Source: an uncultured Verrucomicrobiota bacterium (GTDB lineage: Bacteria > Verrucomicrobiota > Verrucomicrobiia > Limisphaerales > UBA8199). Taken from it: a stretch of DNA of 32,000 nt. Location: contig OW818681.1 of NCBI GenBank assembly GCA_942493075.1, forward strand, positions 4,156,964 through 4,188,963, given 5' to 3'. Below the pieces are notes generated by a model, which worked only from the letters and a program-made list of their open reading frames with translations, was not told where the DNA came from and searched no databases. Of this stretch, positions 25,959 to 32,000 are shown in pieces. The stretch's first letter is position 1. Each line of letters opens with the position of its first letter. A program made the translations under genes and the position numbers.

Positions 25959-27152
25959 ATGTCTAGCCTCATTCAAAAGCGGTTTACGAATCCGGAGACG
26001 TTCCGGAAGATCCGCCCGGACTTGCTCTGGGCGTGGCTGAAACAATCGGAGGGGTATTTCAACAAGCGCGGGCTGGTGCTGCCAGCGAGTGGCGAGAGCC
26101 TGGGTGCGGATGCGTTTAGTCCGCGACTCGATTATGACGGGCTGGCGCGCGTGTTCATGGAGCCGACTGCAGATATGCCGAGCGAGTTGGTGGAGGGTCT
26201 GCACATGGTGCATGAGATGGGGAGGCCGGCGCGGGTGGATCGGATGCTCCAGGAGGCCTGCAGGAGCGGACTCGACTTGGGCCTGGGCGAGGACGCGACG
26301 CCGGCGGATATCGCCGTGAAGTTGCTTTTGCTGGATCCGAAGGCTTTGGAGGATCTGTGCAACTGCGACGTGATGACGCGGCGACGGAGCTTCGAATACT
26401 TCACAACGGATGCGGTGCCGGTGCCACAGTTTGAAGGGCCTACGCTGGAACAGTTGCGATTGCTGGAGGAGAAACTGAACGCGTTTTACGTGGCGTATCG
26501 ACGTGGTGGCGGGACGAGGGTGTTTTCTTATTGTCACCAGAAAGTGGGGCAGCCTAGCCCGGAATGGTTGTTTCTCGTGCGGCATGGGGGCTTGTTCCGA
26601 AGGGAGGAAGCAATGGAGAACGGTGAGCCGACAGCGGTGGTGTACCGTCCGAGGAAGTATGCCGTGCTGAAATATGACGTGAGTCGCGGGGAGATGGGTG
26701 TCTGCTGTGGGGAAAGCCGCGAGCGAAAAATCCTACTGAAGCTGTTTGGGAAGGTGCTTTTCGGGCGGGACAATTTCTTTCCGGGCACAGCGAAGTTTGA
26801 TCTGGGACCGCTGATCGCCCGGGGACGCGCGGCGCTTGCGTGGGCTGATGTGCCGCCGATCGAACAGGTGCGTTTGACGGACCTGGAGTTTTACCGGCGA
26901 GAGGCACCCTGGCGGCGAGTGATTCAGCAGGCGGAGGATTTGTTTTCGTTGATCGAGCATGGAGAGCTTTGCTGGCCGCGTGATGTAGCAGAGATCACGA
27001 GTGCGACTTTCACGGTGAAGTTTTCGCGGCAGAGCCGAGCACGGCGAGTGACGATCGTGCCGTGCAATAGGGCGCTGTATTCACGCGATGAGGATAGTCC
27101 GATCCTGGAGCGGTGGATGGCTGCACGGGGATTAATTCAACCGCTCAATTAG
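25959..27152 (+). CDS. Uncharacterised protein, 397 aa
   Basis: Long ORF with protein-like composition: MSSLIQKRFTNPETFRKIRPDLLWAWLKQSEGYFNKRGLVLP.... No recognised domain. Confidence 0.75.
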   Translation: MSSLIQKRFTNPETFRKIRPDLLWAWLKQSEGYFNKRGLVLPASGESLGADAFSPRLDYDGLARVFMEPTADMPSELVEGLHMVHEMGRPARVDRMLQEACRSGLDLGLGEDATPADIAVKLLLLDPKALEDLCNCDVMTRRRSFEYFTTDAVPVPQFEGPTLEQLRLLEEKLNAFYVAYRRGGGTRVFSYCHQKVGQPSPEWLFLVRHGGLFRREEAMENGEPTAVVYRPRKYAVLKYDVSRGEMGVCCGESRERKILLKLFGKVLFGRDNFFPGTAKFDLGPLIARGRAALAWADVPPIEQVRLTDLEFYRREAPWRRVIQQAEDLFSLIEHGELCWPRDVAEITSATFTVKFSRQSRARRVTIVPCNRALYSRDEDSPILERWMAARGLIQPLN

Positions 27153-27240
27153 TTGATGGTTGAGAGTTGAGGGATCAGGGAGCGGAAGGGTTGAAGGGGC
27201 TAGCCGAACTAACTGGTCGAAAGTTGAAGGTTGAAGGAGG
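27151..27240. repeat. Heptad-type repeat tract between the 397-aa and 415-aa genes
   Basis: agttgatggttgagagttgag...gggttgaaggggc...cgaaagttgaaggttgaaggagg. Confidence 0.7.
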
Positions 27241-27246
27241 ACAGGC

Positions 27247-28494
27247 ATGAAACTGGAAGCCGAAGGCGGGTATGAACAACCTGATCGAGAGCGGAATCGG
27301 GGAAGGAAGGTGAATTTTTGGAGTGGGTTGGAGGGAATGTCGTCTGGTGTGGGGTTGATGGCGGATTGGGAGTTTAGGCTGGGAGCATCGGTGGAGGTGA
27401 TCCGTCCATTCCTGGAGGTGACTGGGGAACGGTCGGAGACACTCCCCTGCCCTGCAGTTGCATCGTGCGGGTGCCGGCATGCTGTCAGGGAGACGCGCCG
27501 GGGTGAGTTGGTGGCGGCTTGTTGCTGTGAGGAGGATTGTGGGACTTACCTGATCGAGGCTGCGGATGTTCTATTTCACGGAATCAATCAGGAGCTGTTC
27601 GGACGCGCAATCTGCCAAGGGCTGGGGTTTGAAGAGCCGGGCGCGGCGGCATACGTGAGCCGTGGGTTGCGAGAGATTGGCAGATACGCGGCTGTGGCGG
27701 TGCCAGTGTATTTCAGCATGGAGGATTCGACTGGGCTGCTGCGGGAGATTGCAAAGATGCTTGGCCAACGAGAGGGTCCGTTTCTGGTGCTGACTCCAAC
27801 TGGGCGCAGTTGGGGCGGCGAAGTGGAGGTCCTGGCACGGCCGCATGCGGGCGGGCACGTGGCGCTGTCGAGTGTGATTGCTCATGAGCAATGCGGCATG
27901 GGAAAGATGGAACGGACTGGACAGATGAACCATGCGGTGTTCCGGGCGAATGGGATGCTTGAGCCGATGCTGCGGGAGTTCGGAAGAAAGATCGCCTCCC
28001 TGCGCGATGCCGGGGGGACGCTGCGGAGTATTCACCGGGAGATCGCAGCGGTGCGGAGCGAGTATGTGGAGCTGCGAAGCGCGAAACAGCAGCTTGAGAA
28101 GTTGCTGGGAGAAGGATTGTTGGCATTCGCGCGGAAGGTGGATGCAACGTCGTTCAAGGTGGTGTGCACCGTTCTGGCCGAGGGCGATGTGGCTAAGGCG
28201 AGTCGAACGCTGGGAATGCCTGATGGCTCGGTGCGATCGCTGATGCGGAGGTGGAACGGGATGGGCAAGGAATACCGAATGATGCTTGAGATGGTGCGCT
28301 GGAGAAAAAGAACGGGGCTCAAAGAGGCGGTTCCGCTCAAGAACCATGTGTTGCTCGGCGAGACGAAGAACTCGGATTATCCCGAGGTGATGGCTGATCT
28401 GCTGGAAAAGGTGACGGAAATGAGTGGCGAGAACTGGCAGGAAAAGGCTGACGAACTTGAGGAAATGCTAAGGGAGATGACGGGGAAAGGCTGA
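27247..28494 (+). CDS. Uncharacterised protein with possible C-terminal HTH, up to 415 aa
   Basis: Long ORF. C-terminal region has VLAEGDVAKASRTLGMPDGSVRSLMRRWNG, an HTH-like segment. Follows the 397-aa ORF in the same direction. Confidence 0.75.
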   Translation: MKLEAEGGYEQPDRERNRGRKVNFWSGLEGMSSGVGLMADWEFRLGASVEVIRPFLEVTGERSETLPCPAVASCGCRHAVRETRRGELVAACCCEEDCGTYLIEAADVLFHGINQELFGRAICQGLGFEEPGAAAYVSRGLREIGRYAAVAVPVYFSMEDSTGLLREIAKMLGQREGPFLVLTPTGRSWGGEVEVLARPHAGGHVALSSVIAHEQCGMGKMERTGQMNHAVFRANGMLEPMLREFGRKIASLRDAGGTLRSIHREIAAVRSEYVELRSAKQQLEKLLGEGLLAFARKVDATSFKVVCTVLAEGDVAKASRTLGMPDGSVRSLMRRWNGMGKEYRMMLEMVRWRKRTGLKEAVPLKNHVLLGETKNSDYPEVMADLLEKVTEMSGENWQEKADELEEMLREMTGKG

Positions 28495-28550
28495 AGGCTA
28501 AAGGCTAAAGGCTGAAGGGGGACAGTGCGGCAGTGCGCCAGTGCGACTGG
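28490..28550. repeat. Same class of degenerate repeat downstream of the 415-aa gene
   Basis: ggctgaaggctaaaggctaaaggctgaagggggacagtgcggcagtgcgccagtgcgactgg. Confidence 0.65.
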
Positions 28551-28566
28551 GGGCGCCTGACTTTTG

Positions 28567-28995
28567 TTAAGCTAACTTGTCGTTGACTCTGCCGGGTAAC
28601 CGGCGGATTGAACTCCAGTATTCTTCCCTGACATCATCATCAATTTCAATCGGGCTGCGGCCTCCGTAAAGCCTATCACTGCCATCTTTCTTCGGACCTG
28701 AAATCCAATAGTCCTCGCCGGATTCGAGATCGTAATAGTTGGACTTGAAACCAGCTCCTTTGAGGCTCTGAAATTTCTTACCACCATAGTAAAGAGTGCG
28801 GCCCGTCTTTGAGAAGGTGACACGGCCGATTCGAGCGGAGCCAGCCAGGTCGCCTGCTTTGCACTCGATGTACATGATGCGCCCGGCATTGGCGGCGCTC
28901 TTCTTTGTGGGTGCAGAGCCGATTCCGCTGCCCTGAGCGCCACTCTCCATCACCTCGGCCAAGGCGGCTGCTTTCCTGGTTGGACCTTTAGGCAT
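28567..28995 (-). CDS. Small conserved-type hypothetical protein, 142 aa from ATG at 28995
   Basis: MYIECKAGDLAGSARIGRVTFSKTGRTLYYGGKKFQSLKGAGFKSNYYDLESGEDYWISGPKKDGSDRLYGG..IEIDDDVREEYWSSIR. A family I recall as common in bacterial accessory regions and sometimes misannotated. Confidence 0.7.
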   Translation of the reverse strand: MPKGPTRKAAALAEVMESGAQGSGIGSAPTKKSAANAGRIMYIECKAGDLAGSARIGRVTFSKTGRTLYYGGKKFQSLKGAGFKSNYYDLESGEDYWISGPKKDGSDRLYGGRSPIEIDDDVREEYWSSIRRLPGRVNDKLA

Positions 28996-29170
28996 GCTCC
29001 ATGGTTTAACGAATCGGAGCGTTGTAGGCAATGCTGTTCAGTTAACGCTTCACGAACTCCAAACGATTTTTTAAACGATTTTTTCAAAAATCGTTAACGG
29101 CTGGTTAGCAGGAAGTTGGCTTCAAATTTCGACCGTTTTTTCGGGTTTCCAAACGATTTCCGGTAAGGGT

Positions 29171-29515
29171 GTGAAGAGCAATGCAGAAAGTAAAAGGCAA
29201 AAAGGAGCGGGCGACACCAATGCACGCCGCGACGGATATCAGATGACGGAGGCTGGGGCGCGGGTATTGGTGGGTCGGCTCGGCCTGGCAATGGCGTTGG
29301 GGGTTTCTCTCCGAACTGTAGATCGAATGCTCGCCTGCGGCGACATCGTCCCGGTGAGGCTTCGAGGGTTGGTTCGGTTCTATGTACCCGATGTAGTGCA
29401 GTCGCTGAGCGAAAGCTCGGATGTGCGCAAGCATGGAAGGAAAGCGGTGGACGGTGGGCGGTGGACTGTGGCCGGTAAGGAAGCGGCGGTGGAAGGAGGG
29501 ATTAAGGGAGTATGA
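29171..29515 (+). CDS. Small excisionase/MerR-like HTH DNA-binding protein (start uncertain)
   Basis: MTEAGARVLVGRLGLAMALGVSLRTVDRMLACGDIVPVRLRGLVRFYVPDVVQSL matches the excisionase-like HTH layout. Confidence 0.6.
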   Translation: MKSNAESKRQKGAGDTNARRDGYQMTEAGARVLVGRLGLAMALGVSLRTVDRMLACGDIVPVRLRGLVRFYVPDVVQSLSESSDVRKHGRKAVDGGRWTVAGKEAAVEGGIKGV

Positions 29516-30006
29516 AAACCATTGTCGCGATAGATCCCGGGATGTCGGGCGGTGTCGCCGTCTGGTGGGGTGGAAGGGTCGAATGCTGGCCGATGCCGGA
29601 AACGCAGGGCGATTTGCTCGAGCGTCTGCGCGAGATCCACAAGGCGGCTCTTCTCGAAGCGGAATCACATGGGGGATCAGAGCTCGCTTGCGTGCTGGAA
29701 GAAGTGGGCGGGTTTGTCGGGAAAGCACAGCCGGGCTCAGCCATGTTCCGATTCGGTGAGCATTGCGGATTTATCAAGGGGGTTGTGCAAGCGCTGGGCA
29801 TTCGGCTGGTCCTGGTGCGTCCCCAGGTTTGGCAAAAGGGCTTTGGACTGGGCACGGCTTCTTCGTGCGCCAGCAAGACGGAGTGGAAAAACAAACTCAA
29901 GGCGGAGGCGCAACGTCGATTTCCTCATCTGAATGTGACCCTCAAAACGGCGGATGCGCTGCTGATACTCGACTACGCGCTACGTGGAGGGGACACGAAG
30001 AGGTGA
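29512..30006 (+). CDS. RuvC-like Holliday-junction resolvase / RNase H-fold nuclease (phage type)
   Basis: MKTIVAIDPGMSGGVAVW..., ACVLEEVGG...FGEHCGFIKGVVQALGIRLVLVRPQVWQKGFG..., KTADALLILDYALR: D, E and D/D acidic residues of the RuvC fold. Confidence 0.85.
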   Translation: MKTIVAIDPGMSGGVAVWWGGRVECWPMPETQGDLLERLREIHKAALLEAESHGGSELACVLEEVGGFVGKAQPGSAMFRFGEHCGFIKGVVQALGIRLVLVRPQVWQKGFGLGTASSCASKTEWKNKLKAEAQRRFPHLNVTLKTADALLILDYALRGGDTKR

Positions 30007-30122
30007 CGGATGGGACTGATGGGACGGACCTAACCGCTAACTACAACACAATTTTGGGAACGGCGCGCTCGGGCGAGCACGCCCTACCAGCAACAAAAAC
30101 AAAGAACAGAAAGACAGGAAAC

Positions 30123-30881
30123 ATGAAGATCAAAGGAAATGGCAGCAACTTCGAGGCGTGCCCGGAATTCACTGGCAAAGCCGTGTGTGTGGACGTGACT
30201 CCTCTGCGGAAGCAGCAAAGTCAATTTGGTGAACGCGATGTGTTCAAGGTGGTGTTCGAGGTGGACATGGATAAGGAGGACGGCAGCCGGTATTGCGTTT
30301 GGTCGCAGAACTTCACGCCTTCACTGAATGAGAAGGCGAACTTCCGCAAATTCCTCCGGTCCTGGTTTGGGCGCGATCTGATGGAGAGCGAGATGGCGGA
30401 GTTTGACACCGAGACGCTGATCGGCAAACCGGCGCAACTGGTGGTGGTGCACGAACACAAGGATGGCCAGGTGTATGCCAACATCGCCGCAGTCCTACCT
30501 GATAAGAGTCCTGATCGAACGGGGCTGAAACCTTCCGGCAAATTCACGCGGCGCAAGGATCGTCCGGCGGATGACGGCGGTCAGAAGCCGGAGAGCGGTG
30601 GGCAAGGCGGGTATCGTCGGGCCCAGGGTGCCAGTCCAGAGAACCGAGGGCAGAACGCGGGTGGCACTGACCACGGGGCTGTGAAGGTGCATGTGGGCAA
30701 GTACAGCGGGATCGAGCTTCGAGACCTGAATCCTGAGGCGGTGCAAGCGCTGGTGGATAAGTGGCTGCCGACGGCAAAGGCAAACGCCAAGCCGACGGCG
30801 GATGATCGGCGACTGATGGCGGCGCTGGAGTGGTGGGCGGCGGAACGCGCGCGTGGAGAGGAGGACAACGTTCCGTACTGA
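30123..30881 (+). CDS. Phage-type DNA replication/recombination accessory protein (possibly DUF669-like), 252 aa
   Basis: MKIKGNGSNFEACPEFTGKAVCVDVTPLRKQQSQFGERDVFKVVFEVD...FRKFLRSWFGRDLMESEMAEFDTETLIGKPAQLVVVHEHKDGQVYANIAAVLP, flanked by RuvC-like and PD-(D/E)XK genes. Confidence 0.6.
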   Translation: MKIKGNGSNFEACPEFTGKAVCVDVTPLRKQQSQFGERDVFKVVFEVDMDKEDGSRYCVWSQNFTPSLNEKANFRKFLRSWFGRDLMESEMAEFDTETLIGKPAQLVVVHEHKDGQVYANIAAVLPDKSPDRTGLKPSGKFTRRKDRPADDGGQKPESGGQGGYRRAQGASPENRGQNAGGTDHGAVKVHVGKYSGIELRDLNPEAVQALVDKWLPTAKANAKPTADDRRLMAALEWWAAERARGEEDNVPY

Positions 30882-30887
30882 AGCGCG

Positions 30888-31022
30888 CGCGCTGGTTGAG
30901 GGTTGAAAGTTGAGTGTTGAAGGACGGAAGACAGTAGGCGGTGCGCCAGTGCGACGGTGGGCAGTGGGACGGAGCGACGGTGGACAGCACACGAACACAA
31001 CACGGACGGACACAAACGAACA
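30888..31022. repeat. Same classes of degenerate repeats downstream of the phage-type gene
   Basis: gctggttgagggttgaaagttgagtgttgaaggacgg...gtgcgccagtgcgacggtgggcagtggg...cacggacggacacaaacgaacacgg. Confidence 0.65.
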
Positions 31023-31088
31023 CGGACTTGGGAATGGCGGGGCGGCAGGTGAGCCGCTCCGCCAAATTTAGAAGAAAGCGAGAATACT

Positions 31089-31976
31089 ATGACATTGATT
31101 GAACGACAGGCGCCGAGCCATTGGTATCTGAGGGATGGACGGCCTTTTCATGAAATTGCGAATGCCAGTGGCACTGGCAATAGACCGGTGACGCTGCGGG
31201 ACGCGCGGAAGGTGATGGCGTTTCCGAGTGTAACGAATGTGCTTGGGGTGCTGGCCAAGCCTGGCTTGGACGCGTGGAAGATCGAGCAAGGAATCATGGC
31301 GGCGTTGACGCTGCCGCGCGTTCCGGATGAGCCGCTGGATGTTTTCGCGCGTCGGGTGGTGGACGACATGGGTGAGCAGGTAGAGAAAGCCGCCGACTTC
31401 GGGACGGCGATTCACAATGCCTGTGAGGTGTACGCGCTCAACAAGCAGATGCCGACTGATCCGAAGCTGCGAGCGCATCTGGAGCCGTGGCGAAACTGGT
31501 TTGATGCGAACGTGGAACGGATCGGGTGCATTGAGCAGGTGTTCGTTCACTCCGAGCACGGCTATGCCGGGCGAGTGGACATGGTGGCACTTCTGAAGAG
31601 CGCCAGCGGCGGCGCTCCCTACTGGGCTGTGGTGGATTTCAAAACGCAGAAGGTGAAACGGTCTGCGAAGGGTGAGCCTAAGCCGGTGTTTTATGAGACC
31701 TGGCCGCTGCAATTGGAAGCGTATCGGCAAGCCGTGCTGGTGAGTGGAGCTAAGAATGTCACGGGGCTGGTGTCAGTTGTGATCGATAGCTCCGTGCCTG
31801 GGCCGGTGCATGTGAAGGTGTGGGGTGAAGGCCGGAAGTCTGAGAGCGGAGATCGGAGGTCAGAAACCGAAGAGTATTTCGGGGCGTTCAGGGCGGCGCT
31901 GGCATTGTGGAAATATGTGAAGGGGTATGACCCGGTGGATCCGCAATTGGGCTGCGGGAATCCGAGCCTGAATTAG
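31089..31976 (+). CDS. PD-(D/E)XK exonuclease-like protein (PDDEXK_1/phage type), 295 aa
   Basis: FGTAIHNACEVYAL...YAGRVDMVALLKSASGGAPYWAVVDFKTQKVKR...ETWPLQLEAYRQAVL: H...GxxD...DxK...QxxxY core. Confidence 0.8.
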   Translation: MTLIERQAPSHWYLRDGRPFHEIANASGTGNRPVTLRDARKVMAFPSVTNVLGVLAKPGLDAWKIEQGIMAALTLPRVPDEPLDVFARRVVDDMGEQVEKAADFGTAIHNACEVYALNKQMPTDPKLRAHLEPWRNWFDANVERIGCIEQVFVHSEHGYAGRVDMVALLKSASGGAPYWAVVDFKTQKVKRSAKGEPKPVFYETWPLQLEAYRQAVLVSGAKNVTGLVSVVIDSSVPGPVHVKVWGEGRKSESGDRRSETEEYFGAFRAALALWKYVKGYDPVDPQLGCGNPSLN

Positions 31977-32000
31977 CGAACGCGGTGGCGCGGCCCGACA

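Noticed and set aside
25539-26585. 348-aa minus-strand ORF
   Set aside because: It overlaps the better-supported 87-aa and 397-aa plus-strand genes and has a His/Pro/Arg-rich antisense-type composition.
27571-28347. 258-aa minus-strand ORF antisense to the 415-aa gene
   Set aside because: It is antisense-type composition with no recognisable domain.
29105-29728. 207-aa minus-strand ORF over the HTH/RuvC-like genes
   Set aside because: It contains strings such as THRFPPPPTVHRF that are reverse translations of the low-complexity repeat.
30495-31065. Overlapping minus-strand ORFs (30495-31013, 30544-31065, 30581-31015)
   Set aside because: They consist largely of antisense repeat translations (FNTQLSTLNQRA, LNFQPST) and antisense to the phage-type gene.

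Overview
The left two thirds of this 32 kb window (97-21440) is a nearly continuous set of minus-strand genes. I read it as a possible undescribed 7-deazaguanine DNA-modification and DNA-processing (defence-like) system. It contains (i) a compact preQ0/preQ1 synthesis operon, queF-queC-queE-queD-folE2 (21440 to 18298). It also contains (ii) an apparent long operon starting near 18053. In transcription order, that operon has two unknown proteins, a possible cysteine-hydrolase-like protein, a DpdA/TGT-superfamily transglycosylase with an N-terminal DUF6884/YaaA-like domain, a NurA-like nuclease, a HerA-like ATPase, two tiny ORFs, a 621-aa protein with a possible nuclease motif, an XRE regulator, a UvrD-like helicase, a Cas4/AddB-like PD-(D/E)XK protein with a four-Cys cluster, and a 1531-aa sacsin-like GHKL ATPase with a DUF3883-like C-terminus. 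One of the tiny ORFs (59 aa) resembles the C-terminal tail of the neighbouring HerA. A WYL-domain regulator (21594-22649, +) is divergently transcribed from the que operon. The right third (about 22.7-32 kb) is phage-like or integrative-element-like: RadC-like JAMM, DUF6573-like, RuvC-like resolvase, a phage-type protein, a PD-(D/E)XK exonuclease-like protein, and two sizeable unknown genes. It also carries families of short degenerate repeats, some read through in frame inside genes. I recognised no integrase, tRNA, rRNA or CRISPR array. All family calls come from reading motifs in the translations; no database search was run.
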